Below, piece after piece: positions 18,905 through 28,916 of a DNA stretch of 64,000 nt. This stretch comes from an uncultured bacterium. GTDB taxonomy: Bacteria > Krumholzibacteriota > Krumholzibacteriia > JACNKJ01. Location: assembly GCA_963695095.1 (NCBI GenBank), contig CAVOFT010000001.1, positions 736,001 to 800,000 of the forward strand, written 5' to 3'. Below the pieces are notes generated by a model that did no database searches, had not been told where the DNA came from, and saw only the letters and a program-made list of their open reading frames with translations. A program made the position numbers and the translations under genes. The first letter of the stretch is position 1; each line of letters starts with the position of its first letter.

Positions 18905-20610
18905 TGCGACTCTGGGCGCCCGATCTCCAACCCAAGTTGATCACCGTGCTGCGCGAGGGTTACTCGCGGCAGCAGTTCGGGCGGGACGCCATGGCCGGTC
19001 TCGTCGTGGGCATCGTCGCCCTGCCCCTGGCGATCGCCTTTGCCATCGCCTCAGGCGTGCGCCCGGAGCAGGGCATCTACACGGCCATCGTGGGCGGCTT
19101 CCTGATCTCCGCCCTCGGCGGCAGCCGCGTGCAGATCGGCGGGCCGACTGGCGCCTTCGTCATCATCGTTGCGGGGGTGGTCGAGCGCTTCGGCTACGAG
19201 GGGCTTGCCGTGGCCACCCTGCTCGCGGGGGCTATCCTGGTGCTGATGGCCCTGGTGCGCCTCGGTGCGGTGATCCGCTTCATCCCCTATCCCGTCACCA
19301 TCGGCTTCACGACGGGTATCGCTCTCATCATCGCTACCGGGCAGCTGCGCGACGGCCTCGGCCTGCCGATGGACAGCCTGCCCGCGGGCTTCCTGGCCAA
19401 GTGCGCTGCCTACGGCGAGCACCTCGGCGGCGCCGACGGCAATTCGCTCGCGCTCGCCCTGCTCACGATGGGCGTCATCTGGCTCTGGCCGCGCATCACG
19501 ACCCGCGTGCCCGGTCCCCTGATCGCCCTCGTCGTCGCCACCGCCGTGGTCCACGCGCTGGACCTCGACGTGGAGACCGTGGGCAGCCGCTTCGGCGGCG
19601 TGCCCAGCGGGCTGCCCAGGCTGATCTGGCCCCAGGTCGAACCAGGAATGATCTCTGCGCTGTTGCCGGCGGCAATCTCGATCGCCGTGCTGGCGGGCAT
19701 CGAGTCGCTGCTCAGCGCTCTCGTCGCCGACGGCATGATTGGCGGCCGCCATCGCAGCAACGCCGAGCTGCTCGGCCAGGGGGTGGCGAACCTCGTAACC
19801 CCGCTCGTGGGTGGCATCCCGGCCACGGGCGCCATCGCGCGCACGGCCACCAACGTCAAGTCGGGTGGGCGCACTCCCCTCGCCGGCATCATGCATGCGC
19901 TCTTCCTGCTCACCGTCGTTGTGGTCGGCGGCCGCTGGGCAGCGCTGATTCCGCTACCGGCCCTCGCGGGCTTCCTCGTCATCATCGCCTACAACATGAG
20001 CGAGTGGCGGCACTTCTTGCGCCTCTTCCGCGGCCCGCGGAGCGACGTGCTCGTGCTGCTCACCACCTTCCTGCTCACGGTGCTCGTGGACATCAACGTC
20101 GCCATCCAGGCGGGCGTCGTGCTGGCGGCGCTTCTGCTCATGCACCGCATGGCCGAGGTGAGCGTGGTCAAGCCGGTCACGGACCTGCTCGACTACGAGG
20201 ATGGCGCTGCCGGCCAGGTCGCCGCCGCGCCGCCACCACCCGGTGTCGAGGTCTTCGAGATCAACGGTTCCTTCTGCTTCGGCGCCGTCGGCAAGTTCAC
20301 CGAGATCACGGCGAGCTTGAAGACGCGGCCGCGGGTGGTCATCCTGCGCATGCGCAACGTGCTGGCGATGGACGCCACGGGCCTCCATGCGCTCGAGAGC
20401 GTGGCCGCCCGCTACCGCCGCCAGCGGACGACGCTGCTACTCACCGGCGTCCACGCGCAGCCCATGCTCGCCCTGGCCAAGAGCGGCACCTTGGTCCAGA
20501 TCGGCTCGGAGAACCTGTATCAGGACTTCGAGCTGGCCCTCGCGCGGGCACGCGAGCTCGTCGCTGCTGGCGAGTCGCGGCCGCCAGAAGCACGAGAAGA
20601 GAAGCGATGA
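18904..20610 (+). CDS. SulP family anion transporter with STAS domain
   Basis: VALPLAIAFAIASG, QIGGPTGAF, ESLLSA, TGAIARTATN, C-terminal FEINGSFCFGA..DATG. Confidence 0.92.
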   Translation: MRLWAPDLQPKLITVLREGYSRQQFGRDAMAGLVVGIVALPLAIAFAIASGVRPEQGIYTAIVGGFLISALGGSRVQIGGPTGAFVIIVAGVVERFGYEGLAVATLLAGAILVLMALVRLGAVIRFIPYPVTIGFTTGIALIIATGQLRDGLGLPMDSLPAGFLAKCAAYGEHLGGADGNSLALALLTMGVIWLWPRITTRVPGPLIALVVATAVVHALDLDVETVGSRFGGVPSGLPRLIWPQVEPGMISALLPAAISIAVLAGIESLLSALVADGMIGGRHRSNAELLGQGVANLVTPLVGGIPATGAIARTATNVKSGGRTPLAGIMHALFLLTVVVVGGRWAALIPLPALAGFLVIIAYNMSEWRHFLRLFRGPRSDVLVLLTTFLLTVLVDINVAIQAGVVLAALLLMHRMAEVSVVKPVTDLLDYEDGAAGQVAAAPPPPGVEVFEINGSFCFGAVGKFTEITASLKTRPRVVILRMRNVLAMDATGLHALESVAARYRRQRTTLLLTGVHAQPMLALAKSGTLVQIGSENLYQDFELALARARELVAAGESRPPEAREEKR

Positions 20611-21341
20611 GCGAGGAATTCAAGAACGTCTACGACGATGCCCGGCGGGCCGAAGCCTATGCCCAGCTCGAGTTTCCCGGCACCTACCACCTGGCCTTCC
20701 GCGACCTGCCGGCGCTCATCGCGGCGCAGGTGCGCGGGCGCCGCGCCCTGGACTTCGGCTGCGGCGCCGGGCGCTCGACGCGCTTCCTGGGCGGGCTCGG
20801 CTTCACGGCAGTGGGCATCGACATCGCCGAGCCCATGCTCGCCCTCGCGCGTGCCGCCGATCCGGCCGGCGACTACCGCCTGGTGAGCACGGCCGGCCTC
20901 GCCGACTTGACGGCGGCCTCCTTCGATCTCGTGCTCTCGGCCTTCACCTTCGACAACATCCGGGACCGGGCGGAGAAGGTGTCGCTCTTCCGGTGCCTGG
21001 GCCGCCTGCTGGCTCCGGCCGGGCGGATCGTCAGCATCGTCTCGTCGCCCGACATCTACCTGAACGAGTGGGCCTCCTTCAGCACCAAGGAGTATCCGGA
21101 GAACCGGGCGGCGCAGAGCGGCGAGCGCGTGCGCATCGTCATGCTCGACGTGCCGGACCGGCGCCCCGTGGAAGACGTCGTCTGCTTCGAAGCGGACTAC
21201 CTGGAGATCTACCGGGAGTCCGGGCTCGCCGTGCGCGAAGCGCTGCGCCCGCTGGCCCGCGGTGACGAGCCCTGGCCCTGGGTGAGCGAGACGCACATCG
21301 CGCCCTGGGTGATCTATCTACTGGGCCGCATCGAGGCCTGA
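20607..21341 (+). CDS. Class I SAM-dependent methyltransferase
   Basis: ALDFGCGAGRS motif I, GIDIAEPML, FDLVLS. Confidence 0.88.
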   Translation: MSEEFKNVYDDARRAEAYAQLEFPGTYHLAFRDLPALIAAQVRGRRALDFGCGAGRSTRFLGGLGFTAVGIDIAEPMLALARAADPAGDYRLVSTAGLADLTAASFDLVLSAFTFDNIRDRAEKVSLFRCLGRLLAPAGRIVSIVSSPDIYLNEWASFSTKEYPENRAAQSGERVRIVMLDVPDRRPVEDVVCFEADYLEIYRESGLAVREALRPLARGDEPWPWVSETHIAPWVIYLLGRIEA

Positions 21342-21401
21342 GCTTGCGCGGCCGGCGCTGCCGGCCTGCGCATCGCGCGGAGCCCGCTGCCGGCGGAGTC
21401 C

Positions 21402-22025
21402 CTAGTAGAGCGACTTGATGCGACTCAGCGTCGCGGGCTCCGTGGCGGTCGCCGGCGAGAGCACGATGCCGTCGATGCCCAGGAAGGCATTCAGGCCGTT
21501 CACGCTGTGCGGCCCGAAGCCCAGCGCATGCTCGCTGGCCACCACGGTGAAGGTGATGCTGCCGGCCGACCACAGGTTGTTCGGCAGGGCGCCCGTCGTC
21601 GGCGCCATCTCGGCGGAGTAGAGCCCGCTGCCCTCGCCGTCGATGTAGAGCTGCCAGTTCGCGATGGCGCTCCAGCTGCCGCCGACGTTGCTGACGCCGA
21701 AGCCCAGGTTGGACTGGTAGAAGGTGACGGTGTACTCGGCGAAGGGGATCAGCCCGCTCACGGTCTGCTGAAAGGCCTCGGTGCCGACGGGGTTCACGGT
21801 CACGGTCTGGGTGCCGGCGACGAAGCTGCCGCCGTCCGGCGACAGATTGTAGGCCTCGTGCGGACCGGCGGCATCCTCGGTGTCGCAGTCGGGAAACAGC
21901 TGCGCCCAGCCGATGGGCAGGACCGAATAGCCGGCGGGGCCGGTCAGGCTGCCATTCACGAAGGACTGGCCGAGCGCGGGCGCCGCGCCGAGCAAGATGA
22001 TCACTACGAAGACCGCGCGGTGCAT
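21402..22025 (-). CDS. Secreted hypothetical protein (carbohydrate-binding-like) with C-terminal TLSRIKSLY motif
   Basis: Signal peptide; FVNGSL, FQQTVSGL, IDGIVL; ends ATEPATLSRIKSLY. Confidence 0.7.
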   Translation of the reverse strand: MHRAVFVVIILLGAAPALGQSFVNGSLTGPAGYSVLPIGWAQLFPDCDTEDAAGPHEAYNLSPDGGSFVAGTQTVTVNPVGTEAFQQTVSGLIPFAEYTVTFYQSNLGFGVSNVGGSWSAIANWQLYIDGEGSGLYSAEMAPTTGALPNNLWSAGSITFTVVASEHALGFGPHSVNGLNAFLGIDGIVLSPATATEPATLSRIKSLY

Positions 22026-22306
22026 GGCACAGCTCGCTTGGCGATGGGTGGGAGCGAATGGCCGCAGGATTGCCAGCGGAGCATGATTCTGGCACTCCAG
22101 GGGGCTCAGATCAACCCGATTGCACGGGGTATTCGGAGTCGAGAGGCGGATAATCGCCGGACGGCGCGGGTGCGCCGACCGGCGCGGGTGCGCCGGCCGG
22201 CGTCATCGCTGATTCTGCTGGCACCGGCAGCCGCCGGGCCTCTACCTTTGCGGCTGCGTCCGCCTGCGGGGGACTTGATCACGAACTCTGAGCGGGAGCA
22301 ATCGCC

Positions 22307-22744
22307 ATGGCTGAATTGAAGACGCGCCCCCAGGGGGGCGCCGCCGAAGTGAAGGCCTTCCTGGCCGCCATCCCCGACGCGGCGCGGCGGGCCGATGCGC
22401 AGGCCATCTTCAAGCTGATGCGCGAGGCGACGGGCAAGCCGGCCCAGCTCTGGGGCGACAGCATCGTCGGCTTCGGCCGCTACCACTACAAGTACGCGAG
22501 CGGCCGCGAGGGCGACTGGTTTCTCACCGGCTTCTCGCCGCGCAAGCAGGCGCTGACGCTCTACATCATGACCGGCTTCACGCGCTACGCGGCTCTGCTG
22601 GCCAAGCTCGGCAAGTTCAAGACCGGCAAGTCCTGCCTCTATCTGAATCGCCTGGCAGACGTCGATCTCGCGGTCCTGCGGGAGTTGATCGAGGCGTCCG
22701 TGGCGCATGCGGCTCAGCTGCCGGCCTGCGGACACGACGGCTGA
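22307..22744 (+). CDS. DUF1801 domain protein
   Basis: LWGDSIVGFGRYHYKYASGREGDW, GFSPRKQALTLY, KTGKSCLY. Confidence 0.85.
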   Translation: MAELKTRPQGGAAEVKAFLAAIPDAARRADAQAIFKLMREATGKPAQLWGDSIVGFGRYHYKYASGREGDWFLTGFSPRKQALTLYIMTGFTRYAALLAKLGKFKTGKSCLYLNRLADVDLAVLRELIEASVAHAAQLPACGHDG

Positions 22745-22777
22745 GTCGGCCTTCCCTCGTCACACACGGAGGTTGTC

Positions 22778-23335
22778 ATGGTTTCCCTGCTGTCGCTCTG
22801 GCTGCCGATCCTGCTGTCGCCGGTCTTCGTCTTCGCGGTCAGCTCTTTCATCCACATGGTCCTGCAGTACCACAGCAAGGACTTCCGCAAGCTGCCCGAC
22901 GAGGACGGCGTGATGAAGGCCCTGCGCCCCTTCGCGCTCCCGCCCGGGGAGTACGTGCTCCCGCACGCCGGCAGCATGAAGGGGCTGAGCGCGCCCGACT
23001 ACCTCGCCAAGCGCGACGCGGGCCCGGTGGCCATGATGATGGTGGCGCCCAGCGGCCCGACCGGGATGGCCCGGGGCCTGCTGCTGTGGTTCGTCTACAG
23101 CTTGGTGGTCAGCGGCTTTGCGGCCTACATCGCCGGGCGCGCGCTCGAGCCCGGTGCGCACTACCTGGCCGTCTTCCGCTTCGTGGGCACCACGGCCTTC
23201 ATCGGCTATGCCCTCGCGCTCTGCCAGAACTCGATCTGGTACCGGCGGGCCTGGAGCACGACGATCAAGACCGCCTTCGACGGCCTCATCTACGGCCTGG
23301 TGACGGCCGGCGTCTTCGGCTGGCTCTGGCCCTAG
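22778..23335 (+). CDS. Conserved hypothetical membrane protein
   Basis: About 4 hydrophobic segments; SSFIHMVL, ends FGWLWP; GGAGG RBS. Confidence 0.75.
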   Translation: MVSLLSLWLPILLSPVFVFAVSSFIHMVLQYHSKDFRKLPDEDGVMKALRPFALPPGEYVLPHAGSMKGLSAPDYLAKRDAGPVAMMMVAPSGPTGMARGLLLWFVYSLVVSGFAAYIAGRALEPGAHYLAVFRFVGTTAFIGYALALCQNSIWYRRAWSTTIKTAFDGLIYGLVTAGVFGWLWP

Positions 23336-23376
23336 CGGCGCGAGCGCTGGCTGGGGCAGGGCGCCCCCGGGGGCCG

Positions 23377-23757
23377 CTAGGCGGGCTCGCCCCCGTTGAG
23401 CAGGCGGCGCAGGGCGGCGATGAAGGCCGGCCAGTCGAGCGGCTTGGCGAAGATGGCATCGGCGCCGAGCAAGTGGGCCGAGCGCAGATAGGTGTCCGGA
23501 TCGCCCATGCCGCCGCCGGAGATGGCGACCACCCTCACCGCCGCATTGATGCGGCGCAGCTCGCGCAGGGTCTCCAGGCCCTCCATGTCGGGCAGGATGA
23601 TGTCCAGGATCACGAGCCGGTAGTCGCCGCGGCGGAACTCGGCCAGTCCGGGCTTGCCGTCCGCGGCGGTGACCACCGCGTAGCCCTCCTTGTGCAGGCG
23701 CTCGGTCAGCATCCGGCAGAACTGGGCGTCGTCGTCGATGAGCAGCAGCTTAGTCAT
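23377..23757 (-). CDS. Single-domain response regulator
   Basis: LLLIDDD, ILDIILPDMEG, AISGGG, FAKP. Confidence 0.88.
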   Translation of the reverse strand: MTKLLLIDDDAQFCRMLTERLHKEGYAVVTAADGKPGLAEFRRGDYRLVILDIILPDMEGLETLRELRRINAAVRVVAISGGGMGDPDTYLRSAHLLGADAIFAKPLDWPAFIAALRRLLNGGEPA

Positions 23758-26629
23758 GGCCGAATCGAGCTCCTTCGCGGTTGGCCGCCAGCATCCTTCC
23801 GGCGATCTGACACAGGGTTGGCAGGCTGAGCGGCTTGAGCAGGATCTCGACCCCACCCATGAGCTTCAACTCCGTCTCGGCAGCTCTCTCAGTATAGCCT
23901 GTAATAACCAGAATGGGGAGGTGGGGGCGTAGTTTCCTCACCGCTGTAACAAGTTTGTCGCCGCGGAGCCCCGGCATGTTCAAGTCGCTGATCAAGAGAT
24001 CGTAAGCCGCCGGGTTCTCCTTGAAGCGCGCGAGCGCCTCGTCGCCCCGCGGGCAGGCGGTCACGCGGTGGCCTGCCCCGGTCAGGGCCTGCTCGCAGAG
24101 GGCGAGCAGCTGCGGATCGTCCTCTGCAATAAGGATGCGCCCGAGGGCGGCGGCCGGCGACGCCAGGGGCTCGTCCGCAGGAGGCGGGGCGGCGGCCAAT
24201 CTGGGCAGTAGGATCTCGACGCGGAACCCCTGTCCCGGGGCGCTGTCCACCTCGATGCTGCCGCCCAGTCCGCTGACGATGCCGTGCACCACGGCAAGGC
24301 CCATCCCGATGCCCTGCCCCGGGGCCTTCGTCGTGAAGAAGGGCTCGAACACTCGCGCCAGCAAGGCGGCATCGAGGCCCTGCCCCGTGTCGGTGACGCG
24401 CAGGCGCAGGTAATCCCCGGGCGGCAACTCCGGGCCGGCCCAGCGCCGCGGCGCATCCAGGTGCCGGCAATCCAGCTCGATGGCGAGAGTGCCCTCCCCG
24501 TTCCGCATCGCCTGCGCCGAATTCCCGCAAAGATTGAGGAGCAGCTGGTGCAGCTGGGAGGGCGCTGCGAGGATCTGGGCGTTCCCGCAGCGGTCGTCGA
24601 AGGCGATACGAATACCGCTAGGCATCGAGGCGCGCAGGAACCCGAGGGCCTCCTCGATGAAGGCGCCCAGGATGACGGGCTCCGTGCTGAGCGGCTCACG
24701 CCGGCTGAAGGAGAGGAGCTGCCGCACCAGAGCCTGGGCGCGACTGGCAGCCGTGAGCACTTCGCCGAGATGGCGGCGGGTGGTCGCGCCCGCCGGTTCG
24801 GCGCCCGCGGCCATTTCGGTGAAGCCGATGATGCTGCCCAGGACATTGTTGAAATCGTGGGCGATGCCGCCGGCCAGGGTGCCGATGGCCTCCATCTTCT
24901 GCGCCTGCAAGAGCCGCTCCTCCATGGCGCGCAGCTCGCTCTGATCGAAATGCACGGCGACGAAGCTGCCGACCACCCCCTGCGCATCCGGGATCGGGGT
25001 GATCGAGGCCACCGTGTGCAGGGGGCTACCGTCCCGGCGGCGCAGGATGTGGGGCCCCCGCCAGACCTGTCCCGCCCCCAGCGCCGCGCGCACCTCGGCA
25101 ATCAGCTCCGGGGGCGTTGCGCGCTCCCAGAGGAAGTCCGCCACCCGCCCCAGCGCCTCGTCCTGCGCATAGCCGGTCATGCGCACGAAAGCAGGGTTCG
25201 CGTAGAGAATGACGCTGTCGCGATCCATGACCAGCACGGACTCGGCGGCCTGCTCGATCGCCGCGGTCAGGCGCCGCTGCTCGACGTCGGCCCGCCGGCG
25301 CAGCGTGACGTCGCGGCCGATGCCCACCGTGCCCATGATGGAGCCCGCGGCATCGAAGAATGGCGTCTTGATGGTTTCGAACCAGCGCGTCTCCCCCGAG
25401 GGCAGGGTCAGCGGTTCCTCGATGGCGAGCGGCCGGCCGCTGACCAGCACGCGCGCATCATCGGCCGCGAAACGCTCGGCCTGAGCAAGGTCGGCCCAAA
25501 GTTCGGCGTCCCTCTTGCCTACTATTTCCTCCGGCCGCCGGCCGCAGGAGGCCGCGAAGGGCGCGTTCGCGCTGAGGTAGACCCCGTGCCGGTCCTTCAT
25601 CCAGGCGCTGTCGGGTATGGTGTCCAGGATGCTGCGCTGGATGTTCAGGGTCTCGGCGAGTTTCTCCTCCACGGCGCGCCGGTCGCTGATGTCGCGCGAG
25701 ACGAGGATCAGGCGACCCGCCTCCGGCGCGTCCGGGTCGCGCAGGAGGCGCAGGCGGCTCTCCATCCAGAGGTAGCCTCCATCCCGATGCCGGGCGCGGA
25801 AGGTGGCCGTCCAGGTCTCCGGCAGCTCCGCGTGCGCGGTCAATGCCGCCGCCAGCCCGGGGCCGTCCGCGGGGTGGACGAAATCCAGCAGATCGCGGCC
25901 CATCATCGCTTCCGGTGCGTGGCCGAGGATGCCGCGACAGGCCGGGGACATGTAGACCGTCTCGCGTCTGTCTCCCAGCACGGAGAGGATGTCCGTGGCG
26001 TTGTCGGTCAGGAGCCGCATCTGATGCTCGCTGGCCTCCAGCTCCCGCCGGCTGCGCACCAGCTCCTCCTGGCCGATCAGCAGCTTGCCGAGCAGGTAGC
26101 TGCCCAGGGGGTAGAGCGTGAGCACGGGCAGGGCGATGCGGCGGATGGTGAACTGGGCCAGTTCCCAGGGCAGCGAGAGCATACACAGGACCATCGCGAT
26201 GTGCACTGCGAGGCCGAGCCCGAGCAGGCCGGCATCGCCGCGCAGGGCCGGCCGGCGCCGGCTGGCGGCGCGGAAGAGCAGGCCCAGGGCCGTGCTGCTC
26301 AAAATCGTGAGCACGCCGGGCGGCAGCCCGACGCCACCCATGCCGATGCGCACGCCGAGGCTGAGTCCGGCGGCGATGAGGCCCGCGAGGGGGCCCGCCA
26401 CGAAGGCGCCTACGCCGAGCACGATCGTGCGGCCGTCGAAGAAGAGACCGGGGGTCACCACCACCGGCTTCAGCATGCCCGCAATGGCCACGGCGCCGAA
26501 GACGAGTCCGGCCACGGCCTGCCCAAGGCGCGACTCGCCCCGCCAGCGCCGCAGGACGAAGGCATAGAGGCTGATCAGCGCCAGCAAGAAGGCGATGTTC
26601 TGGGTGAGCGAGAAGAAGAGCTCGGCCAT
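23750..26629 (-). CDS. Hybrid sensor histidine kinase (5TM-LytS-type membrane domain, 3 PAS, HisKA, HATPase, receiver)
   Basis: FFDGRTIV, PAS repeats, LAGGIAHDFNN, DTGQG, FEPFFTTK..GMGL, SDLNMP. Confidence 0.92.
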   Translation of the reverse strand: MAELFFSLTQNIAFLLALISLYAFVLRRWRGESRLGQAVAGLVFGAVAIAGMLKPVVVTPGLFFDGRTIVLGVGAFVAGPLAGLIAAGLSLGVRIGMGGVGLPPGVLTILSSTALGLLFRAASRRRPALRGDAGLLGLGLAVHIAMVLCMLSLPWELAQFTIRRIALPVLTLYPLGSYLLGKLLIGQEELVRSRRELEASEHQMRLLTDNATDILSVLGDRRETVYMSPACRGILGHAPEAMMGRDLLDFVHPADGPGLAAALTAHAELPETWTATFRARHRDGGYLWMESRLRLLRDPDAPEAGRLILVSRDISDRRAVEEKLAETLNIQRSILDTIPDSAWMKDRHGVYLSANAPFAASCGRRPEEIVGKRDAELWADLAQAERFAADDARVLVSGRPLAIEEPLTLPSGETRWFETIKTPFFDAAGSIMGTVGIGRDVTLRRRADVEQRRLTAAIEQAAESVLVMDRDSVILYANPAFVRMTGYAQDEALGRVADFLWERATPPELIAEVRAALGAGQVWRGPHILRRRDGSPLHTVASITPIPDAQGVVGSFVAVHFDQSELRAMEERLLQAQKMEAIGTLAGGIAHDFNNVLGSIIGFTEMAAGAEPAGATTRRHLGEVLTAASRAQALVRQLLSFSRREPLSTEPVILGAFIEEALGFLRASMPSGIRIAFDDRCGNAQILAAPSQLHQLLLNLCGNSAQAMRNGEGTLAIELDCRHLDAPRRWAGPELPPGDYLRLRVTDTGQGLDAALLARVFEPFFTTKAPGQGIGMGLAVVHGIVSGLGGSIEVDSAPGQGFRVEILLPRLAAAPPPADEPLASPAAALGRILIAEDDPQLLALCEQALTGAGHRVTACPRGDEALARFKENPAAYDLLISDLNMPGLRGDKLVTAVRKLRPHLPILVITGYTERAAETELKLMGGVEILLKPLSLPTLCQIAGRMLAANREGARFGHD

Positions 26630-26714
26630 GTCGCCTCTTCTGCAGGAGTTGCCGGCACGAGCGATCTAATTTTTAGCATATGCAACTCGGAAGTCCAGAG
26701 ATATCGAGCCCGAC

Positions 26715-26743
26715 TTGGCAGGGAGCCGGCGGGCCGCTATACT
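26715..26743 (+). promoter_or_regulatory. sigma70-like promoter upstream of UDG-dnaB
   Basis: TTGGCA-N17-TATACT. Confidence 0.5.
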
Positions 26744-26802
26744 CGCCGGCCGGGCGCCCCTGGCTGCCCTCTCGCCCCCGAGCCGCTCAGGAAGGACCCG
26801 CC

Positions 26803-27549
26803 GTGGAGGAACAGGTGCTGAAGGAGGTCGCGGCCGACCTGCGCCGCTGGATCCAGCAGCAGCGCGCCGAGGGCGTCGAGGAGTTGCTGCTGCCTGCGAT
26901 GCCGGCGGCACCGGCTGAGCCGTTGCCGCCAGAGGCCGCGTCCGTGGACCCGGTCTTGCGCGGCGTTCTGCTCGAGCGCCATCCGGCCTGGCGGGACACG
27001 CCGCTGCTGCCGCTGGCGGAGGAGATCGATGCCTGCCGTCGCTGCAACCTCGGCGCTCAGCGCCAGTGCTCGGTGCCGGGCACGGGGCATCCGCAGGCCA
27101 AGCTCGTCTTCGTCGGCGAGGCGCCCGGGGCGGACGAGGACCGCCAGGGCATCCCCTTCGTCGGTCGCGCGGGGCAGCTCCTGGACAAGATCCTCGCCGC
27201 CATCGAGCTGCGCCGCGAGGACGTGCACATCCTCAATATCCTGAAATGCCGGCCGCCGGAGAATCGCAACCCGGCGCCTCAGGAGATCGAGGCCTGCCGG
27301 CCCTTCCTCGAGCGGCAGATCGATCTCCTCGAGCCGCGCCTGCTGATGGCGCTGGGCCTCTTCGCCGGGCAGTGGCTGACCGGCAAGAAGCTCAGCCTCA
27401 CCAAGCTGCGCGAGACCGGGCCCTACGCGTACCGGGGCATTCCCGTCTACGCCACTTTCCACCCGGCGGCGCTCCTGCGCAATCCGAACTGGAAGCGCCC
27501 GGCCTGGGACGATTTCAAGCGCATCCGCGAGGAGTACAACAAGCTGTGA
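26803..27549 (+). CDS. Uracil-DNA glycosylase, family 4 (Fe-S)
   Basis: CRRC, VGEAPG, PFVGRAG, NILKCRPPENR, TFHPAALLR; GTG start. Confidence 0.92.
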   Translation: MEEQVLKEVAADLRRWIQQQRAEGVEELLLPAMPAAPAEPLPPEAASVDPVLRGVLLERHPAWRDTPLLPLAEEIDACRRCNLGAQRQCSVPGTGHPQAKLVFVGEAPGADEDRQGIPFVGRAGQLLDKILAAIELRREDVHILNILKCRPPENRNPAPQEIEACRPFLERQIDLLEPRLLMALGLFAGQWLTGKKLSLTKLRETGPYAYRGIPVYATFHPAALLRNPNWKRPAWDDFKRIREEYNKL

Positions 27550-28916
27550 GCGCCTACCAGGAACCCACCCGCACCGGTCGCGATCCGCGCGTGCCGCCGC
27601 ACAGCCGCGAGGCCGAGGAAGCCATCCTCGGGGCGCTGCTCCTGGATCGCAACGCCATCTTCAAGGCCATCGAGCTCCTGCAGCCCGAGTTCTTCTACGC
27701 CGAGAAGAACGCGGCCATCTTCCGGGCGATGGTCAGCCTCTTCCAGCGCGGCGAGGCGGTGGACATCATCACGCTCACCGAGGAGCTGCGCCGAGCGGGC
27801 AGCCTCGACCGCGCGGGCGGCGCCAGCTACCTGGGCGGCCTGCAGGAGAGCGTGGCCACGGGCGCGCACATCGAGCACTATGCGCGCATCGTCTCGGAGA
27901 AGGCCACGCTGCGCCGCATGATCGAGATCAGCGGCGAGATCGTGGAGAGCTGCTTCGAGGCGCGCGACGAGGCCATGGACATCCTCGACCGCGCCGAGTC
28001 GTCGATTCTCGCCGTCAGCCAGGGGCGCCTGCGCCAGGGCTTCGAGCCCATCAACGAGATCCTCAAGGCCACCTTCCAGAACATCCAGCGCGTCTACGAC
28101 AGCAAGACGCACATCACCGGCGTGGCCACGGGCTACGAGCGGCTGGATCTGCTCACGGGCGGCCTGCAGCCTTCGGATCTGCTCATCGTGGCCGGCCGAC
28201 CGAGCATGGGCAAGACCAGCTTCGTGCTCAACGTCGCCCAGCACGCGGCGATCGAGGAGAAGAAGAGCGTCGCCATCTTCTCGCTCGAGATGAGCAAGGA
28301 GCAGCTCGTGCAGCGCCTGCTCACGGCCGAGGCGCGGCTCGATGCGCACAAGCTGCGCACGGGCAACCTCAAGGACGGCGACTGGCCCCTGCTCACGCAG
28401 GCGGCAGGTCAGCTGGCCGAGGCGCCCATCTACATCGACGACACGCCGGCGATCAGCGTGCTCGAGATGCGCGCCAAGAGCCGGCGCCTGCAGGCGCAGA
28501 AGGGCCTGGACCTGATCGTCATCGACTATCTCCAGCTCGCCCGCGCAGTCAGCCGCGCCGACAATCGCCAGCAGGAGATCAGCGAGATCAGCCGCGGCAT
28601 GAAGGCCCTGGCCAAGGAGCTGCAGGTGCCGGTGGTGGCCCTCAGCCAGCTCAGCCGCGCCCTCGAGAGCCGCACCGACAAGCGGCCGATGCTCTCGGAC
28701 CTTCGCGAATCGGGGGCCCTCGAGCAGGACGCGGACGTGGTGATGTTCATCTACCGACCCGAGGTCTACGACAAGGACGACGAGGAGCTGGAGGGCCGGG
28801 CCGAGCTGATCATCGGCAAGCAGCGCAACGGCCCCATCGGCACGGTGCCGCTCTACTTCGTCAAGGAGTACACGCGCTTCGAGAATCCGGCGCGCGGGGA
28901 CGACTACTATGCCTGA
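27546..28916 (+). CDS. dnaB: Replicative DNA helicase
   Basis: PPHSREAE, AGRPSMGKT, IDYLQL, LSQLSR, SDLRESGALEQDAD, KQRNGP; no intein apparent. Confidence 0.96.
   Translation: MSAYQEPTRTGRDPRVPPHSREAEEAILGALLLDRNAIFKAIELLQPEFFYAEKNAAIFRAMVSLFQRGEAVDIITLTEELRRAGSLDRAGGASYLGGLQESVATGAHIEHYARIVSEKATLRRMIEISGEIVESCFEARDEAMDILDRAESSILAVSQGRLRQGFEPINEILKATFQNIQRVYDSKTHITGVATGYERLDLLTGGLQPSDLLIVAGRPSMGKTSFVLNVAQHAAIEEKKSVAIFSLEMSKEQLVQRLLTAEARLDAHKLRTGNLKDGDWPLLTQAAGQLAEAPIYIDDTPAISVLEMRAKSRRLQAQKGLDLIVIDYLQLARAVSRADNRQQEISEISRGMKALAKELQVPVVALSQLSRALESRTDKRPMLSDLRESGALEQDADVVMFIYRPEVYDKDDEELEGRAELIIGKQRNGPIGTVPLYFVKEYTRFENPARGDDYYA

Noticed and set aside
22163..22198. 18-bp tandem duplication GGCGCGGGTGCGCCG(A/G)CC in a divergent intergenic region
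   Set aside because: Only two GC-rich copies and no further support for function
27546..28916. Intein in DnaB
   Set aside because: Length is normal (~456 aa) and the motifs are contiguous
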